A stretch of 64,000 nt of DNA from Callorhinchus milii (lineage: Eukaryota): NCBI RefSeq assembly GCF_018977255.1, contig NW_024704752.1, positions 8,804,001 to 8,868,000 on the forward strand. The letters are read 5' to 3'. Of the stretch, positions 52,603 to 64,000 are shown piece after piece; the first letter of the stretch is position 1, and every line of letters starts with the position of its first letter. Below the pieces are notes generated by a model. It did not search any database. It was not told where the DNA came from and worked only from the letters and a program-made list of their open reading frames with translations. The translations under genes and the position numbers were made by a program.

Positions 52603-53692
52603 AAAAAACTTCATTATTGTTACCAAAGAGAGTAATGAACTAAATAAATAATTATAATTGTATTATAAAGCCTTCATTTCCATCATGTCAGTATGTTTAA
52701 CTGTTCCCTGTATATTACTGAAACCTATTTGATGAAAATAAGGGATGAGTGCAAAAGAAGTGGAACAATGAAAAACCATATCATCACACGGGCCAATGCA
52801 CTACTTTACTTATTACCCTTTCATGAATGCAAACCCGACTCTTTAAAATAAACAGAATTATGGTCAATAAGTCCTTTTGTGTGTGTTTCATTGAAAAGTA
52901 TCAGGTTGCCAAGAGCCAGATCTTGGACACCCAAGAGTGTGTGTTGGGGTAATGTTGGAGATTAACAAGCTAAAATTGAATTGTGAACATTGTCTAGCAA
53001 GATTCCCACTGCTTGTTATATTAGACCAGGGGGTTGGCTTGCATGGTTAACAGGAGCCAAGTATATGCACTAGGTACAGGGCTCAATCTGCTGACCTAAA
53101 GATTAAAGATACCATCTGTGTATCGGTATAAGCCAAAAGAACTGAAGGTTGCAGGTTCAAATTCCAGCTCAGAGCTAGAATTGTGAAAATCAGATTTCTG
53201 TCCAGTTCCCTTCTATAATAGTGCTGCTGATGCCTATCCTTCAAAATAATGTTAAAACAATTTAGGTGCTAACTTTCTTCTTACTTTGCTAAATGAACTT
53301 GCTCAAAACTTGGATCTTAAAATATGGCATTACTGTAGAATGGTTTTGGCCACCTATTGATACTGGGGAGTGAAGTACATGAAAGAAGATGTTAGCCAAC
53401 CCAACTAGCAGTAATTTAAAGTCATTTGGAGAAGGATACAGGAGAGGAAGGAGCACAACACAGATGTAGAAATATTTGTTCACTAACTATGTAGTCATTT
53501 ATTCCCAAAAGCCAAACTGATATCGTATTTGCTTACATTATTTGCTTATTTGCTTTATTTGAGTAAACTCAGAACCATGTTGCACAAGACAAATCAAATA
53601 TTTCAAAAAGTGTTGATTCAATAGGTTTAACCACAGAACGGATAAGAGGAGCTTGATATTCTGATATCTTTTTAGCGAAAGAGGGAGGCAAG

Positions 53693-56600
53693 ATGAAGCT
53701 CTTGGCTGTGCTCCTCTTCATCTCCCAGCTGTTATACATTAATGCGCTTTTACCAACTCATATTGTGCCGACAGTACCTCCAATCCCTATTGACTGCGAT
53801 AATTTGGAACTTCAAGTTGCTGTGGATTTCACACTACGTAAATTCAACACTAAGGGTACAACAGGTCATAAATATGGTTTGCACCGAATTACTTATGCTA
53901 CTGAACAGGTGAGCTTTTATATGTTCTATATTTATGAGTATTTTATTATTGCATTAGTTAGAAGTTATTTCTACTTCCATTTTTTCTGCTAAAAATCTTC
54001 TATTTCAAGTTTCTCCTCTCTTCCTCACTTGAAAGTGGAGTTTTGGAGTCCTGTAGCTCAGTGGTTAGAGCACTCGCTTTGCAAGCGAGAGACCTGAGTT
54101 CAATTCCAGGCAGAGGGCGAAACCTTGGTTGGGCAAGTTTTCTTACTCCACACTCCTAATAATAATCCCTCAAAAACCAAAAACAATAATAAATTGGTCA
54201 TTTTCAATCTACGACTGTTTGTGGGACATTGGTGTGCGCAATTGGCTGCTGCGTTCGCCCTCAAATATACAGTCAATTCACTTTACAGTGTGTTCTGTGA
54301 AGCGCTTTGGGACATCCTCCCGATGTGAAAAGCGCTATATCAAATGTAAGGATTATTATTATTATTATTGAAGATTATCACTTCCAATTTCACGCATCTT
54401 ATCTCAGTTCTAACTGGCAATGAATTTACCAGTTGAGCCTCTATGCCATTTATCATGCATTTTCTGTCTATCTTTTATATCTCCTTAACCTGCCATAATT
54501 ATGACAATGTTATTGAATTTCATATGCCTCTATAAGGTGCCCTGAGACCATGCAAGTCAAACCCCTGGCGGAATTCTTTTATCCACAGAGAACAATTGGG
54601 AGTCGATATTTCATAAAATTTGATATCCAGGAATCTGACTGCCTTGTAGGAAGCAAGAAATCCTGGAAAGACTGTGGCTACAGAACCTCTGAAAATACTG
54701 TAGGTACCTGAAACTTTTACTCTGTTTTAAATTGACAAACTGAAGTGCAGGGTCAAGATGTATGGCGGAGGAGAACACTGAATTTGAAAAGTATGGAAGG
54801 AAAGATAAAATAAATCAATAAGTACTGATTAATGATTTTAAGATTGCTGGAGGAAGGAATGACAGCTGATCATGAGTTGTATGAAGTTTTGGATGAACAT
54901 AAAAGGAAAGGATTAATATTCTCAGTAGTGTCAACTGCAATCGTGAAGAGTTGGACATTAGCGGTGATAGGAGGAGGATCTACTTGAATAACACGATAAT
55001 CAGAAAAAGAAATCTACTAAACTTTCGGTTTTCGGTAATTTAGCCAACCTTTTATCCATGCTGACAAATTCCCTCTGATACCACATGCCTTAATATTTTC
55101 AAAAAGTAACTCCGTTGGCACCTTATCAAAAAGCCATTTGAAAATCCATAAACACAATAGCCATAGATTATCCATTATTTCTTAAATAACTCCATTAAAC
55201 CTTCTAAGCAAGAGTTGATTTTTTACATATCGATGCTAGTTGTCATTACTGAATCCATGCCTCTCTAAGTGATTATTATTGTGGTTTCAAAACTTTACTG
55301 ACTGATCCATAGAACCTAATGCTCTCTTTCCTTACTTGCCTGTGGTGTCACATTGGTAAAGACGATTAAAGTTGTTTTTTTTAACCATTATAATAAAAAG
55401 GGTGTAACACCACCTAATGACTTTGATATGTTAGCAGTTTCTTATATGTTATTTACAACACTTTTCCTCATAGCCATGTTTATTTTCAGACTAATGGTCA
55501 ATGTGAATCTAATGTGTACATCAACAACCATAGTATTGTGGAAGTGACATCTTACAAATGCACCCTTAAACCTGGTAAGTGGCATTGGACTCGGAATAAC
55601 AAGTACATATTTGCAGTAACAATTGCACAAGGACCAATTTTCCAGTTAGGCAATAGTGCTGGTTATAATTCTTAACCGTTTTCACGATCCACCTTATCTA
55701 GCGTGCTTTCTTCCCTCTGGGTTATCCTATTGCACACGGCACTTCTTGAATGACCTCAGTTTCCAACCTTTGGTCTATGCTACTTTTGAACTCGCTTCCA
55801 AAAGGGCTTAAGAATTGTTCAGGACACAGTTCTGATTTATACTCAATTGCTGTAGAGAAGGACCTAAATTCCACTTGTCTTTTATGGCTCTCAAACACTG
55901 CATTATAACAGGGCTCCATTGTCTCTGAATCTTGACTCTGGGATAAAGGAGTTTTTTTTAAAAAAAAGTACATCTTTATTTCACAAATATTTCACAAATT
56001 AATAGATTATGGGAAGTTAACATTCCCTTCTCAAACAGTCTAGAAAATGCCACAGATCAACTCAGACTGAACTTGATAACTACATCTGGAATTTGACTGT
56101 TGTGTTGACCTCCCTCATTCCTGACTCAACCATTACAGATTGAACTCTTCCTGCCTACATTCAAATAATATGCAGAAAATAAACAGGTGGATGTTAACAA
56201 TTCCATGGAGCTATTTGAAAACAGAATGGAGTTTGTCCTAGTTTCCTAGCCACCAATTTCCAGATATCCGATTTCTATGTTCTATGCTTCACAGAAACTT
56301 TGTGAAGCACTTTATAGGTTCTATACCAAATGCAAATATTATTATTTTATTATTATTATTATTAATTGTCATTAAAGGCTCCAGCATTCACACTGAGTTT
56401 AGGCTGCAGGTCAACTGTTTTGGCAACCCTGATATTGACAATGGCATGATGGCAACCAAAAAGACTTCTTTGAGGTCTTGTGTTCTACTGCAGGTTCCTG
56501 CGCTACCTTAAAAAATAGAAGCCGCATCTCCTGACTGGCAATCTAGGTTATCAATGATGGGATACACGATGTCAGCACGCACATGATATGATGTGATGAC

Positions 56601-59600
56601 AGGGTGCATCCTGTGCAGACGCAGATCTCTGCTGAGGCTCATACAAATTGGTTCTGCAAAGTAATAACTGTAGTGACTGCAAGCTTGACAAACCAAGTCA
56701 GTTGACAATGATAGCAAGCAAGCCTTGGAATTAATCCTCTCGGACTCAACTGAACAAATACATAAAATTGTTGACATGAACCCAAGCAACGTGGATTGGT
56801 TGCTTGGCCACTGAATCTGCACTAAATCCAAGCACCACAATTAATCATCTAACACTAAGACCAAGGGTTGAGGATCAAGTACCATGATTCTGTTTAGTTT
56901 TTGTGAAATGCAAATTACGTTTAGAATCCTCACTGTTTATTTTAGGTGTTAAAAAACAACTTTAATGCAGGGCATTGTATCAACACTCTTTTCATGGACA
57001 ATGTGGGGCAACAAGCAAACAAACTTTACAACGTGGGGGTGGGGAGCTTGGGGGGGAATGATTAAGCAATTACTGATTATGACATAAATGTTAGAATATG
57101 GGATGTTTTTGTACTCCACATTTCTCCCAATCTATGGTGAAGGCACTGACTGATGCCCTGGTATTGATGCACAGACCACACTCCAGTACCTCACCCACAT
57201 ATTCAGTCTTCTAGTATGAGTCTAAACAGAGTGTCAGCAGACTATTCAAGTGTGGCCAGTGTAACAACTAAGCCTTATCCGGCAATGCTGTACACGTAAT
57301 TTCCAGCAGTGATATTGAAATCGTGATCATATGCTTAATCCTACTGTATTGTAGGCTGGTCAGATGGGCTACAAGGATCCTTTCAGTCCTGTAATGATTC
57401 TTTGTTCACACATACCACTATTTCAATTTGCATGCAGTAATGCTTGTTCACTTCTGTTTAATTCAATTGGAGGTGGCATTCTTCAGAGGAGACCGAGGTC
57501 TGTCTGACTGTCCAGGTGCAAGTTAAACATCCTGTGGCACTACTCAAAAAGAGAAGGGAGTTTCTCTCAGTGTCCTAGCCAAATAAAATTGGCCATTCGC
57601 TTCAAGGTCGTTTGTGGGACATTGCTGTGCATAAATTGGCTGCAATATTCACCTGCGAATACAAAGCCATTACACTGCACAATAAGTCCTGAGAAGCGTT
57701 TTGAGACATCCTCCCAAAGTCAAAGAGACTACCACAATGCAAGGATTATAATTATTGTGCACTAATTGCTTATAATTTTGTTTTCCAGTTAGCAATCGAC
57801 AATTTGGACAGAGAGCATCTTTTCCTGGGGGCAAAACACTTGTACCACATGATGACCCTAAGATACAAGAGCTACTTCATTCCTCTGTTACAAAGATCAA
57901 CAATGAGAGTAACTCTTCTCATCTTTTTGTACCTGGCACTATATACACAGCTGTTAAACAGGTCAGACTTTGCTTTACAAATCTGTAGATATTTAAGGTT
58001 GCTCTTAATAACATTGTTCAAATGATTTTGTTCTGATTAACATGTGGATTTGCAGTGCACTCACAGGACAGGCATAGCACAGCCAAATGCTAAGTAAAGT
58101 ACCTGCTATTAACAATTTGCCTCAGCCCAAGTTTCAGAATGGCACTAATGCTGGTGGATTGACCTTTCCACTTTATAGAGTTATCTTGTAACCTCTGAGT
58201 GAAATTGCCACTTTTTACGCTAATTTCAAAGGCCATTTATTTTATTCATCCATCTTGGCTGGATTTAAACCTTGGTCCCAGAGATGAAAGGCAAGTAACC
58301 TCCCCAATGAATCAGCAGTTTACAATTTTGTTTGAAGAAAACTAATCACATTTTTTTGCACTGAACCATTCTCCAGATGAGGCTATCTTCTAACAGGTAA
58401 TTTCAATTTTTTTAAAAAATATATGATTAGGTGGTGTCTGGAATGTTATTCATGATATCGTTTGCTATCCATGAAACTGGATGCACCAAAAATTCCACAA
58501 TCGTACCAAAAGACTGCCCCGTGCAACAGGATAGGCTCAAGACAGTGAGTACCACAGAAACAGCTTTCACATTGCTTTATTGTTGGCCTATTCTCTATTT
58601 ATTGCACAGTGGGCCATCTGTACACAGAACATTTTAGATATTGTAATTATTTTGATATGTGGTTACTGTGTTCTCATGCCGCGAAATTAGCCCTAATGTG
58701 TCCTTGGAGACGAGTCAGCAAGCCTGAATAGTGAACACCCCCTTCTCCCACTCCACAGGGCGGATTGCATAATATTAACTGAGTCATCCGTAGCCAAGCC
58801 AGCCGCAGCCTCACATCAGGAGACCATTGACTTTCCAAAACCAGTATAATACAAACTCCTGAAACCATTTCTAATAGGATCCATAATTACACAAGGTTTT
58901 ACTGCATGGAAAAAGGCCATCCGGCCCATCAAGTCCGTGCCAGTGTTTATGCTTCACACAAGCCCTCACATCTTCTATTCCCCTCATCTGCACTCCTCTA
59001 TTCTCTTCTACCTCATGTTTGCATCAAGGTTTCTCTTAAATACATTGATGCTGTTTCTTCAATCACAGCTTCTGGCAGTGTATTATGTGTTCTCATCACC
59101 CTGTGAATGAAGAAGTTCTCCTAAACCTATTAGATCTTCCATATTGATCTCTTAGGCAGTCCTCAATGTCAGGTCCAGGGTTTCCTGAAGGAGCTGAACT
59201 TGGGGTTAAACATCCAGAAGCTAATGTGCCCCTATCAACCTCTGTAGGCACTAATTTTCTCATTGCCAATCAATTCTGAAACCATTGCAGAACTGTCTTT
59301 CTGTGAATGACGCCTTAAATTTGCTTAAACACAAGCAACTGTACTGTTGAGTAGAAAATTGTATTTTTCTAGTATTAGATGTATTGTATGTCCATAAGAC
59401 CTAATGGGGAAACAATTCTACTTTAATAATGGTCTTTAATAATGGTCACAATGCTATAATAACCTTCAAAATACAGTCACTACGTTTTAAGTATGTCTTA
59501 TGAAGTGCTTTGAGACGTCCTCCTGATGTAAATCACGTGTATTTAGTATAACCTTTTTAAGCAGGGTCCTAATGTGGAGATGTTTTTCATGAAAGCAACA

Positions 59601-60466
59601 TACGATAGACATTTGTCCATTAAACTCCAGATTTTATAGCTGATTTTTACTGCTTCATATTTTTCAAATAATTTCTTCTATTTTTGTAGCTGTATTGTAA
59701 GTCGACTCTGCATAGTAGACCTTGGTTGAATGCTCGAACGCTAAGTGTATCTTGCGGTGATGAAATGATTGACATAATACCCAAAAAACAGGTAATTTAC
59801 TCTTTTTTAAATACTATAATGCTGGATAAATTGTATTATTTAAGAGGGTATTTGCTTGCAAAAAATGCAACTATTTTAATAATGAGCATGCTTAGGGATA
59901 TGACTGAGGCTGTAAAAATCTATTCGTCAGCTAGCCAGGAATACACCAGTCTTCAACTTTGGCAGTGTAAAGTAACTCACCACCGCCATTATTGTTTGCT
60001 GAATCAGCAATATTAGTACCAGGTTTTGGCATTTGGAAACCAAACAATTGAGTGAAGCCAGATGCAACAGTTTTCAGCCTTTTCCAACTATTAAGTAAAA
60101 ATGTATTTCACAAAAATTCTTTTGTCCCTGAAGATATCAAATCAATGGACCAGACATCAAATTTATTCTGTTATAATTGCAGTTACATTGGAAGGCTTGT
60201 GAATATATTTATTCCCCTTTCTTATTTTCAAGGAATTCCAAATATCTCCAGGAATGGGGGCAATCAGGGGTGCTTCTGTTGAGGCTACACCTGGAGAACA
60301 AGTCGTCAAGACGCCTATAGGCACTGATGCGCCTTCACAAATGCCTGATTTACCAAAGCAGCAGCTCAGAGACCTTCCAGAGTCAAAGATCATCAATTGT
60401 CCAGGACAACCTTGGAAGCCCTTGAGGCAACCAAGCCTTGCTATTCCTCCAACCACAAGTTCCTGA
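53693..60466 (+). CDS. Kininogen-like tandem duplicate, 7 coding exons, 344 aa (gene 6)
   Basis: Exons 53693-53908, 54589-54699, 55490-55574, 57789-57961, 58431-58544, 59690-59791, 60233-60466; open frame (1035 nt). Exons 1-3 closely resemble gene 5 ([16 protein letters not shown]). Domain 2 has FPGG, Q|VVSG and RPW; tail has CPGQPWKPLR. Confidence 0.85.
54045..54369 (+). mobile_element. Young tRNA-derived SINE subfamily A, full length, in gene 6 intron 1
   Basis: GGAGTCCTGTAGCTCAGTGGTTAGAGC...GAGTTCAATTCC...GCGCTATATCAAATGTAAGG(ATT)n. Confidence 0.9.
55040..55330 (-). mobile_element. Decayed CR1 reverse-transcriptase fragment
   Basis: Minus strand gives IVFMDFQMAFDKVP (CR1 consensus YLDFQKAFDKVPH), preceded by an SCL-type motif. 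Confidence 0.7.
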
Positions 60467-61919
60467 AAGTGAGACTAACGTTTGTATGAAAGTAAATTAA
60501 AAGGAGGTGAAGTATTGCCAGCCTGATATGCTAGCACTTTTGTTTCCTGATTTTTTTCTTATTGGCATGTTAATAATACTAATTACCCAGTATTGTCAAA
60601 GAGACACGTAATATGCAATAATTGTAGAGGTATTATTCATTTCCAAGATGATAGGACTACATGTTAATTACTGCCATATATTGCAACACAGAACAATGCA
60701 CTCAAGTAGAACAATATGAACCAATGGAATGACACAGGTCAAAGTGTTACTTTGCATTCAAACATTTTGCTAAAGCTAAATTGTCTCCAGTATCTCCCAG
60801 AAAATATATTAGAAATTGTTGGCAACAAGCATTGTGTTCATTTATTTTTGTATTTGACCTTCATCCCGCACCACTGGAACAAATACCTTCTTGCAAAATC
60901 AACACAATATTCTCAAGTAGTCTTGATATAAATTCTTATATCATTGCATTGGGGCAAGCGATAATGACCTAGTGCTGAAGTTACTACACCTCCAGTTATC
61001 GAAGTTTACACAAGGCCATTAAGCCCATTGAGTCTGCACCAGCTCTCAGAACAAGCTGTTCATTCAAACCCGCTCTATCCCCCCCATACCCCTTGAATCC
61101 TGTAGAACTGTTATGCCTTTGATGTACCCTTCCAGTTCAATTCTGTAATTGGCTGAATTTAAATATTAGTACCAAGGAACAGAGAAAACACAACATCAAA
61201 ATTCAGTTTGTTTTCAGCATCTGGAAAAAGATAACCTTGCTACAGTGTGTGTTGGATATTCCTACATCATTTTTATGCATTCTCTTTTGGAAAATAAAGA
61301 ATGCTTACTTCACTTAATTATTCCCACTCATGGGAAAACCTCCCTCACATGCTATTAATAGAATATAGGATGTGAGTGGGATACAAGGGAACTTACGTTG
61401 GCTTCATGGGTGACGATCATAATTCACTGGAGAGTCAGGCACACAAGATTTATTCAGCAGTATAATTATACGTTGCACTGTATCACACAACCTTTCAGCA
61501 TTTACACTCTATAGCATTATACTGCGAGAGTAAAAGGCTTAGGGATATGACTGAGGCTGTGAAAATCTAATGGCCAGCTAGCCAGGAATACATGAGTCTT
61601 CAGCTTTGGCAATGCAAAGTAACTCACCACCTCCTTTATTGTTTGCTGAAGTAGCAATACTAGTACTAGAGTCAAAGTACTTAATAACTTTTCACTGATA
61701 ACTACTAATCAGTCTTTTACAATTCATTTTTTTTGATCAGCCGGGTGCCTGACACATGCGGAAACCCATCACCATCCAAACCACAATTCATCAATAGCAC
61801 TTGATTTTGTCCTTGTACAGATGCACTAAGTCCAGAAACTATTTTGTACTCTTATTCGAACTTTCTCAGCACAAAGCATTAATGTTCTTTGCAGCAGTGG
61901 TCCTTTTTTAGTCTATGCT

Positions 61920-63468
61920 TCAGTGCTCTTCCACAAGTGGTTCATCTTTTTGGTGTTCAGACAATGACAAGTGGATATTTGGAGATTTTTTCATCTTGAA
62001 ATGACCAAGGGTATACGCTCCCCTTATTAGGAATATTCCAGAAAGCGCAGCATGGTAACATCCATAGATGAGGAACTAGAACAAATGAGACAAACACTGG
62101 TAAAAATCCCTGGATTTGTAATCAACAATAAAAAAAAACTTGCATAGCTCCTAAAAAGTTGAAACATTTCAAAGCATTTCAAATAATAGTTGTCAAGTTT
62201 AATGATTGTATTTTTAGGCAGTAAAAAGTGGAACACCCAAAACAAGTCTTTCTTGTTAGTGATTACAAAACTAAATGAACTGCGAAGAGCGGTTTGCTTT
62301 GTGAACTCAACATTTCTTCAGCTTTGAGTCTGGGTTTAAGTTAAACCCAGATAAATGACATTAAAGTTTCTTTTTTCAAACACCAGTAAAAAAATCAACT
62401 CAGTTTTCAGATAAGAACATAAATAAGAATGGAACACAAGAAGATGAAACATCAAGCCCACAACTTCCAACACCATTGGAAACCTTCTCTATTTTAAACA
62501 AACAGATGAGCCAAGAGTTGACAGATGGATTTCGAAGTATTTAAATACAAGATAAATATATATTAGAACATGAAACAGCATAACATACTAAAAGGCCGGT
62601 GCCCGTTAGCAGAGATGGAGATGGCAAAGTATTTGAGTGTACTTAATAACTTTTCATTGAAAGCTACAAATCAACGTACTGAGAGTGCTGCTCTCAGACA
62701 GCCAAGAACAAGATTGCACCTCAATGAAACTTGACAACAAATTAACAGAAATTATTCTGACTTTGTATAATTTAGTGCTTAGGCTACAGTTAAAATTGTA
62801 TGCAGTTTTTAGCACTGCGCCATCAAAACTATATTGAAGATAAAGAGGAGAGCAAGAAGATGGATTCCTGGTTGGCATACAGCTTGTGATGGGAGATCTA
62901 TTTGGCATCTATCTATACTTAGCTCCAAATTCTGAGGAAAAGCTTGCAGAAGGTTGAGAGGGGCTATAATCAAAGCCTTCAATATGAGGAGAGGCACAGT
63001 TGATGTAGGTGAAAGCAAGCTATTAGAATCAAATTGTGATTTATGGTGCTTTTAAAATCCTTTTTGAAGTTTTGCGCCAGAAATAATTTATTTTAGGATT
63101 AGGATATGATTGATCTTTTATTTGTACTTTGCAGTGGAAATGGAAGGAGGAAAACAGTCAGGATAAATTTACGAGTCACTTTCTTTTCAATCTTTTCAGA
63201 ATTGGAAGATAACTTGGCTCCAAATCAATGAATGATTGGAAATTTCTGACCCTCACTATGTACAAGTATTTAAAGCTCAATAAGGATTCCCATCAAATGT
63301 TGAGAGGAAGGGAAAAATAATCTTACCTGGATGACAATGTCCAGTCCCAGGCCCCTTGAATCAACTACAATAATGGTCAGGATAGTCTGAAGTATAAGCG
63401 CTAAGCAATTGTTGATCCCAAACATTAAAGCATAACGTTGCATGTGTAGGTTTGATGCAATCTGGAAT
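61920..63468 (-). CDS. SLC19A3: Last two coding exons of an SLC19A2/SLC19A3-type thiamine transporter; the gene continues beyond the right edge
   Basis: Exon 63468-63327 (142 nt): [47 protein letters not shown]|gtaag. Terminal exon 62075-61920: [51 protein letters not shown]. Matches human SLC19A3 FQIAVNL..RYALVFGINT..VVDQRGL..IQ|FLVYGSY..GIFLMR. Minus-strand AATAAA at 61635-61640 and 61449-61454. Exact paralog uncertain. Confidence 0.85.
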
Positions 63469-64000
63469 CTGAGGATCAATCAAACAGAAATATCACTGTA
63501 TTTTCAGGGGAAAACGTGCAGAGTTTTAAAGACAATCCCATCAAATCAAAATAATGAAGGGATTGATAAATTACTCAGATGTTACTTGCCAACTATTATT
63601 AATTTTGGAACTATTGAGTAGACTCACGCTTAACTTTTCAAAAATGTTTATAGGTGTTTGGAATATTCCTTTTGGAAATCATGATTCAGGAAATGATTCA
63701 TCCTCTCGCAATTTATAATTATACAAGGCTGAACCTGCTTCATATTTTATAGATTTATCTGACTAACATTCCATAATGCACTAACAGTAATAATTCTTGC
63801 ATTTGATATAGCACCTTATGTCGTTGAGACATCTCACAGTACTTCACAGGATTTAAAGTATAGTGACTGTGTATGCAAACACAGCAGCTAATTTGCACAC
63901 AGCAATATCCCAAAAAATCAGATGAATGATCGATTTTATCTGGGGCATTACTGGTCAGGACACTGGGAGAAACTCTGCTATCTTTTGCAATAGTTCCATC

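Noticed and set aside
45969-60466. Genes 5 and 6 as one three-domain kininogen
   Set aside because: Each has its own signal-peptide exon and terminal exon with a stop; gene 5 exon 6 ends in phase 0 while gene 6 exon 4 needs phase 1.

Overview
This is vertebrate genomic DNA. The repeat content (Deu/Sac-type tRNA SINEs, L2 and CR1 fragments) suggests a cartilaginous fish, possibly a holocephalan; this is an inference. By reading splice sites and frames manually I reconstructed a head-to-tail cluster of six type-3 cystatin (fetuin/kininogen) loci on the + strand at 17.9-60.5 kb. (1) Fetuin-A/AHSG-like, 355 aa. (2) A second fetuin-A-like gene with a very basic tail, 366 aa. (3) A frameshifted, internally deleted fetuin pseudogene. 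(4) Fetuin-B-like, 338 aa. (5) A two-cystatin-domain kininogen, 391 aa. (6) A duplicate kininogen-like gene, 344 aa. All five intact genes share a 7-coding-exon plan with intron phases 0,0,1,0,0,0. The left flank holds the first coding exon of an anosmin-1-like gene (- strand) with a 1.45-kb GC-box minisatellite about 65 bp upstream of its ATG. The right flank holds the last two coding exons of an SLC19A2/3-type thiamine transporter (- strand). Main points of interest: the bradykinin site is degenerate in both kininogens, while a kinin-like peptide (YTRPGFQPI) ends fetuin paralog 2; furin-site plus SSEE phospho-cluster tails occur in the fetuin-A-like paralogs; and protease-inhibitor motifs are redistributed among the paralogs. 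Family assignments rest on remembered human sequences, not on database searches.
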